From the human T2T-CHM13v2.0 reference genome, Homo sapiens, in the NCBI RefSeq assembly GCF_009914755.1, contig NC_060946.1: 64,000 nucleotides of DNA. One strand, written 5' to 3'. The notes below the pieces were generated by a model. It did not search any database and was not told where the DNA came from. It saw only the letters and a program-made list of their open reading frames with translations. Positions 8,570 to 18,000 of the stretch are shown here, one piece after another (the first letter of the stretch is position 1; the number at the start of each line of letters is the position of its first letter). Position numbers and translations under genes: made by a program.

Positions 8570-11407
8570 TCACCGGTAGTGTGTCCCGCAGGGACGCCGT
8601 CCTGCTGGAGCGTCATGCCAGCATGGGCTCTGGCAGCCACGTGGGCCAGCAGGAGGGTCCCGCTGCACAGCTGTGGGGTGAGGATAGACTGGGTGGTGAT
8701 ATCGGCCATGACAGGGGCCTCTTCTGCTGGCAAGAGTGTGACAGTAGCAAGTAGATGGACAGGCCTGCGTGTGAGGACGGAATGCAGGAGCGGCTCTTGT
8801 GTGGCTGGGTGTGGGGCCATCACAGGAACCGTGGAGTAATGGCCAGGTAACTGCGTCATGTGGGCTAGAAGATTGGCCAGGGCTTCGAACAGAAGGACAA
8901 TGACGGGGAGTAGCTGTCAGGCCCTGGGAGTGTCTGAGTGTAAGTGGAGATGGGTTTGGGGTCACTGAGGGATGCGTGGGAGCCATCCCTGTATAGGTAC
9001 AGGTCATAGGGAGATAGTCTCGTGTGGCCTGTGAGTGTCTAGGGTTGTCCTGGGTGCCTGGGGCTGACTGTGGCAGAAATCTGGGGAAGGCTGGAGAGAA
9101 GCTGGGAGACCCAGGAGAGTCCCTGAAGGCAGGGGGTGAAGAGGTGCAAGAAATGGGGGAGGGTTGCAGTAAGGTCCGTGAGTTTGTAGGTGATTCCTGG
9201 GTGCGGGAAGCTGACTCCAGGTGAAATCTGGAGATGGTTGGAGAGCAGCTGAGAGAGACAGAAGAGTCTCTGAGGGCTGGGGATGAGAACATGAGGGAGA
9301 CTGGGGAGTAAGTCAGTGAAATTCGTGAGTTCGGTGGTGTATCGTGGGTGCCTGGAACTGACTCCAGCTGGAATCTAGAGAAGTTTTGAGAGTAGCTGCA
9401 AGAGACACAAGAGTCCCTGTGGGATGAGGGCAAAGACCTGAGAGAGACCAGGGAGGACGTCAGTGAAGTCTGTGAGTCCGTAGGTGATTCTGGAGTGTGG
9501 GAGGCTGACTCTCGCTGAAATCTGGGCGTGGTGGGGGAGTAGCTGGGACAGACAGGAGAGTCCCAGGGGTCTGGGGGTGAAGACATGAGAGAGACTGGGG
9601 AGTAACTCAGTGAAACTGCTGAGTTTGTAGGTGATACCTGGGTGCCTGGAACTGACTCACGCTGAAATCTGGGCATGGTTGGAGAGTAGCTGGGACACAC
9701 AGGAGAGTCCCTGAGGGCTGGGGGTGAAGACGTGAGAGAGACTGGAGAGTAATTGAGTGAAATTGGTGAGTTTGGTGGTGATTCCTGGGTGCCTGGAACT
9801 GACTCCCGCTGAAGTGTGGGCGTGGTTGGAGAGTAGCTGGGACACACAGGAGAGTCCCTGAGGGTTGGAGATAAAGACGTGCTAGAGACTGAGGAGTAAC
9901 TGAGTGAAATTGGTGAGTTTGGTGGTGATTCCGGGGTGCCTGGAACTGACTCCAGCTGCAATGTGGGCGTGGTTGGAGAGTAGCTGGGACAGACGGGAGA
10001 GTCCCTGAGTGATGGTGAAGACATGAGAGAGACTGGGGAGTAACGTAGTGAAATTGGTGAGTTTGGTGGTGATTTCTGGGTGCCCGCAATGGACTCCCGC
10101 TGAAGTGTGGGCGTGTTTGGAGAGTAGCTGGGACAGACAGGCGAGTCCCTGAGGGTTGGAGATAAAGACGTGCTAGAGACTGGGGAGTAACTCAGTGAAA
10201 GTGGTGGGCTTGGCGGTGATCCCTGGGTTCCTGGAACTGACCCGCGCTGAAATGTGGGCGTGGTTGGAGAGTAGCTGGGACAGACTGGAGGGTCCGTAAG
10301 GGCTGGGGGTGAAGACGTGAGAGAGACTGCCCAGGATCTCACTGAGGTCTGTGAGTTTGTAGGTGTTTCTGGGGTGTGGGGTACAGACTGCCGCGGAAAT
10401 CTGGGCGTGGTTGGAGAGTAGCTGGGACAGACAGGAGAGTCATGGGTGGCTGGGGGTGAGCTGCTGGATGATGGCAGTAAGAACATATGGTATATTATTG
10501 ATGAATGAGGTGACTGTGAAGAATCTCCAGAGGAGGACACGGGAGAACACAATGACATGAGTGACTGTCCTGCTTGGTTAGGAAAGGGAAACGTAAAGCT
10601 GTGGAATTCTGTTGATGATGGATGTGAGAGTGGTGAAGCCCTGCGGGATGATGTAGAGTACTTCCACATCCCTGGTGAGGAGCTGCCCGTTGGGTCTGAG
10701 TTTCTGGGAGGGGAGAGGGAGAAGCTGGGTGAGGCAGGCATGAATCTTGAGGAGTCAGGGCTGGGGGACCGCTCATATTCTCCCGAGACCTGTGAGTCTC
10801 TGGGGGACTCCTGGGTGCATGGGGCTGACTCCCGCAGGAACCTGGGGATGGCTGGAGAGTAACTGGGAGCCACAGGAGAGTCCCTGAGGCCTGGGGGTGA
10901 AGAGACGAAAGACACAGGGGTGGAGCACCGTGAGGCCCGTGAGTTTGTAGGTGATTCCTGGGTGTGGGGGGCTGACTCCAGCTGAAATCTGGGGTTGTTT
11001 GGAGAGTAGCTGGGAGACACAGGAGACCCCCCGAGAGCTGGGGGTGAGCTGCTGGGTGATGGCAGTAAGAACATGTGGTATATTATTGATGAACGTGGGG
11101 ACTCTGAGGAATCCTCAGAGGAGGACACGGGAGAGCCCGATGGCTTCATTGATTGCCCATCACGGTGAGGACAGGGAAATGCGAGCTTGTGGGATTCTGG
11201 TGATGACAGAGGTGAGTGTGGTGAAGCCCTAGGGGATGGTGAATGGCAGCTCCGGATCCCTGGTGAGGAGCTTCCCCTTAAGCCTGAGCTTCTGAGAGGG
11301 GAGAGGGAGAAGCTGGGTGAGGCTCGCATGGACCTTGGGGAGTCCGGGCTGGGGGACCGTTCATAAGAAGAGCCAGACAAGACCCTACTGTTCTTAGGTG
11401 CAGACAT
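8570..11407 (-). CDS. Candidate 945-aa repeat protein, copy 2
   Basis: Translation in the ORF track appears identical to copy 1. Confidence 0.7.
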   Translation of the reverse strand: MSAPKNSRVLSGSSYERSPSPDSPRSMRASPSFSLSPLRSSGLRGSSSPGIRSCHSPSPRASPHSPLSSPESHKLAFPCPHRDGQSMKPSGSPVSSSEDSSESPRSSIIYHMFLLPSPSSSPPALGGSPVSPSYSPNNPRFQLESAPHTQESPTNSRASRCSTPVSFVSSPPGLRDSPVAPSYSPAIPRFLRESAPCTQESPRDSQVSGEYERSPSPDSSRFMPASPSFSLSPPRNSDPTGSSSPGMWKYSTSSRRASPLSHPSSTEFHSFTFPFPNQAGQSLMSLCSPVSSSGDSSQSPHSSIIYHMFLLPSSSSSPPATHDSPVCPSYSPTTPRFPRQSVPHTPETPTNSQTSVRSWAVSLTSSPPALTDPPVCPSYSPTTPTFQRGSVPGTQGSPPSPPLSLSYSPVSSTSLSPTLRDSPVCPSYSPNTPTLQRESIAGTQKSPPNSPISLRYSPVSLMSSPSLRDSPVCPSYSPTTPTLQLESVPGTPESPPNSPISLSYSSVSSTSLSPTLRDSPVCPSYSPTTPTLQRESVPGTQESPPNSPISLNYSPVSLTSSPPALRDSPVCPSYSPTMPRFQRESVPGTQVSPTNSAVSLSYSPVSLMSSPPDPWDSPVCPSYSPTTPRFQRESASHTPESPTDSQTSLTSSLVSLRSLPSSHRDSCVSCSYSQNFSRFQLESVPGTHDTPPNSRISLTYSPVSLMFSSPALRDSSVSLSCSPTISRFHLESASRTQESPTNSRTLLQPSPISCTSSPPAFRDSPGSPSFSPAFPRFLPQSAPGTQDNPRHSQATRDYLPMTCTYTGMAPTHPSVTPNPSPLTLRHSQGLTATPRHCPSVRSPGQSSSPHDAVTWPLLHGSCDGPTPSHTRAAPAFRPHTQACPSTCYCHTLASRRGPCHGRYHHPVYPHPTAVQRDPPAGPRGCQSPCWHDAPAGRRPCGTHYR

Positions 11408-11736
11408 GATTAGGAAACCTGCAGCTCCCAGGGGCCCCTACTAATTTTCTAACTCGCAGAAGGAAGGAGTGTGTGTGCGTGGGTGTGAGTGTGTGCGTGT
11501 GTGTGCGTGTGTGTGTCTGTGTGTGTGCGGTGTGAGGTATGTGCCCCTTAAGAAAATGGAAATCAACCAACCAATGAGACAGACACACAGACAGACAGAC
11601 AGACAGACAGACAGAGATTCACTTGCCCAAGTGTTCTGTCCTGTCCTCTGAATCCGCTTCCAAGTCGCAAGACGCCGTGAGCTCCAAGTCCACGCACAGT
11701 CCGCCAAACGCTCCGGCCGCTGATCCGCTCCGCGAA

Positions 11737-11833
11737 GATCTGAGTACAGGCCAGCCAGGGTGGGTTTAAATACCCTCGGGCGCAGCCTAGCAGCGGAAAG
11801 GGCGGAGCTTCACCCCTCCTTTCCGTCAGTCAC
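11737..11833 (-). promoter_or_regulatory. Core promoter, copy 2
   Basis: Same motifs; TATA at 11772-11765. Confidence 0.7.
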
Positions 11834-14732
11834 CCCCAACTTTCCCAGGCTACACCTCGTAGGAAACTGTTCTCCTGCTTTGATTTCATGCGCCACCTTT
11901 GGGACAATCTAAGAACTTCCAAGTTTTCTTGGCCAGATATATTAGGAATTGTATGCACTGAAACACTGAAAAGCAACTAGTGGTTCTGTGGTTCCCACGT
12001 TGTGGTTTTGACACCAGCAGCATCCTTGCCACAATCAAACCCCGGAGATCCACAGATCTGTGTTGTAACAAGACCTCCCCCTGACCCTGATGCATGGCAG
12101 TTTAAGAAGTCTTTCCGTGTAAGCGAAAAGACTTTGAAGAAAGGGTGGAGATATGCGTTGTATAAACATTCTTTTGCTCCGGAACCACGTGGAGTCTTGG
12201 GAGCCAGTTGGGTGGAGCATTCGTTGGATGAGGGTGCTCGGGTTCGGAATATCAAGGTGTGGTTCCAGATAATCCAATCATCTAATTAAGATTCCAGTTG
12301 TGCTCATCTGTTTTAAAATTCCGTTTGGGTAAATTCTTTTAGTCAGACTGAGAATGGCAAAGCCTCAATCCCAATTTCCAGGGAGGGTTGACAGCCTCAG
12401 GTGGAGTTGATCACCAATAGCCTATGGTTTAACCCATCATGCCTATAGAATGAGGTCTCCATAAAAACCCAAAAGGACTGGGTTCAGGGAGCTTCTGGAT
12501 AACACTTCCTGGAAGGTAGTGCGCCCCTCCCCACATGCCGGGCCCCACATTTATTTCTGAGCTTTTTGCAATGTCCGCTAAAATACAACGGCAAATGTGA
12601 GTGTTTCCCTGAGTGCTGTGAGCTCTTCCAGCAAATGAATGCAACTAAATCTGGGAGTGGTGGCAACCTGATTTATAGCAAGTTGCTGAGAAGCACAGGT
12701 GAAACAACGTAGGGCTTCCCATTGTTATTAGTGTGGGAGGCCTGTCTGGCGGGACTCGGCCCTTTGGAATCTAATGCTATGTCCCGGTAGATAGCGTCAC
12801 CATTGAATTAGAAGACACACATATGTTGAGAATAATCTTTCTGGTCATTTGCCGCATGTCCTATTTACAATATGTAATCAAATTCTTTATCCTGACCTTA
12901 TGGCACCTGGGTTGAGAACCATGATTTGAACCAAACATTGGTCTGTCACTTTCGGAGTTGGAAACTTTATTTTGCCTTTAGCGTTTTGCTATTGCTTTTT
13001 CGTTTTCTTTTGTTTCGTTTCGTTTCTAAGTGCTGGGGTATACGTGCAGGATGGGCAGATTTGTTACTAAGGTAAACGTGTGCCATGGTGGTTTGCTGCA
13101 CCTGTCAACCCATCACCTAGGTATTAAGCCCAGCATGCAGGAGCTGTTTTTCTTAACGCTCTGCCTCCCGAAAGGCCCCAGTGTGTGTTGTTCCCCTTCC
13201 TGTGTCCATGTGATCTCATTTTTCAGCTCCCATTATAAGTGAGAATGTGGCGTTTGGTTTTCTTTCCCTGGATTAGTTTGCTGAGGATAATGACCACACA
13301 TCACCACTGATTTGTTTTTTAGTATAAAGAGTAGTATTTTATTGAATAAGATTTGCTCACAGAAAAATAAGCTTAAATCTACAATGAATGCCAGACTCTA
13401 CAGCAGAAAGCAATTTTCTCACTTTTCCACACACAATGGTTCCTACTAAGTGAAAAAAGCCATAAAATTTCATTCACAAATGTACTACTCTGTCTCAAAA
13501 CATCTCACATAATCATGCACTGTACTAAAGCCATTAGATCAGTTCTTCAGTCAGGTTAAAGAAGTATCCCTCTAATAACTGACTTTTATAATGCTATCAG
13601 TAGGCACTCCCAATCAGTCTGCCATTGTTAATGGTGTACAGCATTACTGCATACACTGGAATTGATGACACCCATATCCACGGACAAACCGAGACTTATG
13701 ATGGTTTGATTCATGATTTTTCAACGTTATGATGGGTTTATTGGAATATTAGATGCGTTTCTGAGTTACACTGGGTTTATGAGTATGCGACCCTATACTC
13801 CAGAAACAGCTGTATAAGGAAAAACAGGTGTACCTAATAAAAATATGCTTAGTGACTTGGGATAAACCAATAGATGTTCACAACTGATGGAGAGCCGTGA
13901 AAGAGAGATAGCGGTAAATAGTTACAATAACACAAGTTTCCTGCACCTGTCGAGGATTTCCCCAAAAAAACGCAGAATGTGGGATGCACCTAAGGCATAT
14001 GAAAGAGAGAGGGCAGAAGGAGTAAGAGAGAAATAGGAGGAAGGAAGGAAGGAAGGAAAGAAGGAAGGTAGGAAGGAAGGAAGGAAGGAAAGAAGGAAGG
14101 AAGGAAGGAAGCAAAGAAGGACGAACGGAAGGAGGAAACACCCGGTGTTACTAAAACCCCCAAAAAATATGGTTTCCCCCTGTGGGTAAGCCTACAGTGT
14201 GGATGAATCTTGAAAATATTGTGCTACGTGTTATGTCAGTCATAACAGTTCACCTATTGTGCAATTCCGTTTATAGGAAATGTCCACAATATGGAAATCT
14301 ATGCATATGGGGTTGATCGCACTAGGTAGTTGCTACCTAGGGCTGAGGGTCAGGGAGAGGGTTTGAGACAGAATGAGGAGTGACTAATGTCTACAGGGTT
14401 TTTCTCTGGTCGGGGGTGATAAGACGTTCTACAATGGATTGCGAATTAAAATTGAATGTGCACAACCACAGGTATACTAAAAGCCACTCAATTCATGACT
14501 TTTAATGGGGGAATCTTATGTGGCGCACTCTTAGGGAGACCACGGCAGACATAGTGAGAGAGAAAAAGGCGAGTATATATCTGAAACGGAGGCAGAAACA
14601 GAGAGAATGAAAAGCCCTGTGAATGGAAGGGAGAGCGAAAAGGGAAAATGGTCCTATTTACAAATGACAGATGTGAAACTGGGGTTCACATCAACAGTGT
14701 CACTGCCAGGAAGGAGGGTGATGCTAGCCATG

Positions 14733-17570
14733 TCACCGGTAGTGTGTCCCGCAGGGACGCCGTCCTGCTGGAGCGTCATGCCAGCATGGGCTCTGGCAGC
14801 CACGTGGGCCAGCAGGAGGGTCCCGCTGCACAGCTGTGGGGTGAGGATAGACTGGGTGGTGATATCGGCCATGACAGGGGCCTCTTCTGCTGGCAAGAGT
14901 GTGACAGTAGCAAGTAGATGGACAGGCCTGCGTGTGAGGACGGAATGCAGGAGCGGCTCTTGTGTGGCTGGGTGTGGGGCCATCACAGGAACCGTGGAGT
15001 AATGGCCAGGTAACTGCGTCATGTGGGCTAGAAGATTGGCCAGGGCTTCGAACAGAAGGACAATGACGGGGAGTAGCTGTCAGGCCCTGGGAGTGTCTGA
15101 GTGTAAGTGGAGATGGGTTTGGGGTCACTGAGGGATGCGTGGGAGCCATCCCTGTATAGGTACAGGTCATAGGGAGATAGTCTCGTGTGGCCTGTGAGTG
15201 TCTAGGGTTGTCCTGGGTGCCTGGGGCTGACTGTGGCAGAAATCTGGGGAAGGCTGGAGAGAAGCTGGGAGACCCAGGAGAGTCCCTGAAGGCAGGGGGT
15301 GAAGAGGTGCAAGAAATGGGGGAGGGTTGCAGTAAGGTCCGTGAGTTTGTAGGTGATTCCTGGGTGCGGGAAGCTGACTCCAGGTGAAATCTGGAGATGG
15401 TTGGAGAGCAGCTGAGAGAGACAGAAGAGTCTCTGAGGGCTGGGGATGAGAACATGAGGGAGACTGGGGAGTAAGTCAGTGAAATTCGTGAGTTCGGTGG
15501 TGTATCGTGGGTGCCTGGAACTGACTCCAGCTGGAATCTAGAGAAGTTTTGAGAGTAGCTGCAAGAGACACAAGAGTCCCTGTGGGATGAGGGCAAAGAC
15601 CTGAGAGAGACCAGGGAGGACGTCAGTGAAGTCTGTGAGTCCGTAGGTGATTCTGGAGTGTGGGAGGCTGACTCTCGCTGAAATCTGGGCGTGGTGGGGG
15701 AGTAGCTGGGACAGACAGGAGAGTCCCAGGGGTCTGGGGGTGAAGACATGAGAGAGACTGGGGAGTAACTCAGTGAAACTGCTGAGTTTGTAGGTGATAC
15801 CTGGGTGCCTGGAACTGACTCACGCTGAAATCTGGGCATGGTTGGAGAGTAGCTGGGACACACAGGAGAGTCCCTGAGGGCTGGGGGTGAAGACGTGAGA
15901 GAGACTGGAGAGTAATTGAGTGAAATTGGTGAGTTTGGTGGTGATTCCTGGGTGCCTGGAACTGACTCCCGCTGAAGTGTGGGCGTGGTTGGAGAGTAGC
16001 TGGGACACACAGGAGAGTCCCTGAGGGTTGGAGATAAAGACGTGCTAGAGACTGAGGAGTAACTGAGTGAAATTGGTGAGTTTGGTGGTGATTCCGGGGT
16101 GCCTGGAACTGACTCCAGCTGCAATGTGGGCGTGGTTGGAGAGTAGCTGGGACAGACGGGAGAGTCCCTGAGTGATGGTGAAGACATGAGAGAGACTGGG
16201 GAGTAACGTAGTGAAATTGGTGAGTTTGGTGGTGATTTCTGGGTGCCCGCAATGGACTCCCGCTGAAGTGTGGGCGTGTTTGGAGAGTAGCTGGGACAGA
16301 CAGGCGAGTCCCTGAGGGTTGGAGATAAAGACGTGCTAGAGACTGGGGAGTAACTCAGTGAAAGTGGTGGGCTTGGCGGTGATCCCTGGGTTCCTGGAAC
16401 TGACCCGCGCTGAAATGTGGGCGTGGTTGGAGAGTAGCTGGGACAGACTGGAGGGTCCGTAAGGGCTGGGGGTGAAGACGTGAGAGAGACTGCCCAGGAT
16501 CTCACTGAGGTCTGTGAGTTTGTAGGTGTTTCTGGGGTGTGGGGTACAGACTGCCGCGGAAATCTGGGCGTGGTTGGAGAGTAGCTGGGACAGACAGGAG
16601 AGTCATGGGTGGCTGGGGGTGAGCTGCTGGATGATGGCAGTAAGAACATATGGTATATTATTGATGAATGAGGTGACTGTGAAGAATCTCCAGAGGAGGA
16701 CACGGGAGAACACAATGACATGAGTGACTGTCCTGCTTGGTTAGGAAAGGGAAACGTAAAGCTGTGGAATTCTGTTGATGATGGATGTGAGAGTGGTGAA
16801 GCCCTGCGGGATGATGTAGAGTACTTCCACATCCCTGGTGAGGAGCTGCCCGTTGGGTCTGAGTTTCTGGGAGGGGAGAGGGAGAAGCTGGGTGAGGCAG
16901 GCATGAATCTTGAGGAGTCAGGGCTGGGGGACCGCTCATATTCTCCCGAGACCTGTGAGTCTCTGGGGGACTCCTGGGTGCATGGGGCTGACTCCCGCAG
17001 GAACCTGGGGATGGCTGGAGAGTAACTGGGAGCCACAGGAGAGTCCCTGAGGCCTGGGGGTGAAGAGACGAAAGACACAGGGGTGGAGCACCGTGAGGCC
17101 CGTGAGTTTGTAGGTGATTCCTGGGTGTGGGGGGCTGACTCCAGCTGAAATCTGGGGTTGTTTGGAGAGTAGCTGGGAGACACAGGAGACCCCCCGAGAG
17201 CTGGGGGTGAGCTGCTGGGTGATGGCAGTAAGAACATGTGGTATATTATTGATGAACGTGGGGACTCTGAGGAATCCTCAGAGGAGGACACGGGAGAGCC
17301 CGATGGCTTCATTGATTGCCCATCACGGTGAGGACAGGGAAATGCGAGCTTGTGGGATTCTGGTGATGACAGAGGTGAGTGTGGTGAAGCCCTAGGGGAT
17401 GGTGAATGGCAGCTCCGGATCCCTGGTGAGGAGCTTCCCCTTAAGCCTGAGCTTCTGAGAGGGGAGAGGGAGAAGCTGGGTGAGGCTCGCATGGACCTTG
17501 GGGAGTCCGGGCTGGGGGACCGTTCATAAGAAGAGCCAGACAAGACCCTACTGTTCTTAGGTGCAGACAT
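14733..17570 (-). CDS. Candidate 945-aa repeat protein, copy 3
   Basis: Translation in the ORF track appears identical to copy 1. Confidence 0.7.
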   Translation of the reverse strand: MSAPKNSRVLSGSSYERSPSPDSPRSMRASPSFSLSPLRSSGLRGSSSPGIRSCHSPSPRASPHSPLSSPESHKLAFPCPHRDGQSMKPSGSPVSSSEDSSESPRSSIIYHMFLLPSPSSSPPALGGSPVSPSYSPNNPRFQLESAPHTQESPTNSRASRCSTPVSFVSSPPGLRDSPVAPSYSPAIPRFLRESAPCTQESPRDSQVSGEYERSPSPDSSRFMPASPSFSLSPPRNSDPTGSSSPGMWKYSTSSRRASPLSHPSSTEFHSFTFPFPNQAGQSLMSLCSPVSSSGDSSQSPHSSIIYHMFLLPSSSSSPPATHDSPVCPSYSPTTPRFPRQSVPHTPETPTNSQTSVRSWAVSLTSSPPALTDPPVCPSYSPTTPTFQRGSVPGTQGSPPSPPLSLSYSPVSSTSLSPTLRDSPVCPSYSPNTPTLQRESIAGTQKSPPNSPISLRYSPVSLMSSPSLRDSPVCPSYSPTTPTLQLESVPGTPESPPNSPISLSYSSVSSTSLSPTLRDSPVCPSYSPTTPTLQRESVPGTQESPPNSPISLNYSPVSLTSSPPALRDSPVCPSYSPTMPRFQRESVPGTQVSPTNSAVSLSYSPVSLMSSPPDPWDSPVCPSYSPTTPRFQRESASHTPESPTDSQTSLTSSLVSLRSLPSSHRDSCVSCSYSQNFSRFQLESVPGTHDTPPNSRISLTYSPVSLMFSSPALRDSSVSLSCSPTISRFHLESASRTQESPTNSRTLLQPSPISCTSSPPAFRDSPGSPSFSPAFPRFLPQSAPGTQDNPRHSQATRDYLPMTCTYTGMAPTHPSVTPNPSPLTLRHSQGLTATPRHCPSVRSPGQSSSPHDAVTWPLLHGSCDGPTPSHTRAAPAFRPHTQACPSTCYCHTLASRRGPCHGRYHHPVYPHPTAVQRDPPAGPRGCQSPCWHDAPAGRRPCGTHYR

Positions 17571-17749
17571 GATTAGGAAACCTGCAGCTCCCAGGGGCCC
17601 CTACTAATTTTCTAACTCGCAGAAGGAAGGAGTGTGTGTGCGTGGGTGTGAGTGTGTGCGTGTGTGTGCGTGTGTGTGTCTGTGTGTGTGCGGTGTGAGG
17701 TATGTGCCCCTTAAGAAAATGGAAATCAACCAACCAATGAGACAGACAC

Positions 17750-17782
<33 letters not shown>

Positions 17783-17903
17783 GATTCACTTGCCCAAGTG
17801 TTCTGTCCTGTCCTCTGAATCCGCTTCCAAGTCGCAAGACGCCGTGAGCTCCAAGTCCACGCACAGTCCGCCAAACGCTCCGGCCGCTGATCCGCTCCGC
17901 GAA

Positions 17904-18000
17904 GATCTGAGTACAGGCCAGCCAGGGTGGGTTTAAATACCCTCGGGCGCAGCCTAGCAGCGGAAAGGGCGGAGCTTCACCCCTCCTTTCCGTCAGTCAC
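17904..18000 (-). promoter_or_regulatory. Core promoter, copy 3
   Basis: Same motifs; TATA at 17939-17932. Confidence 0.7.
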
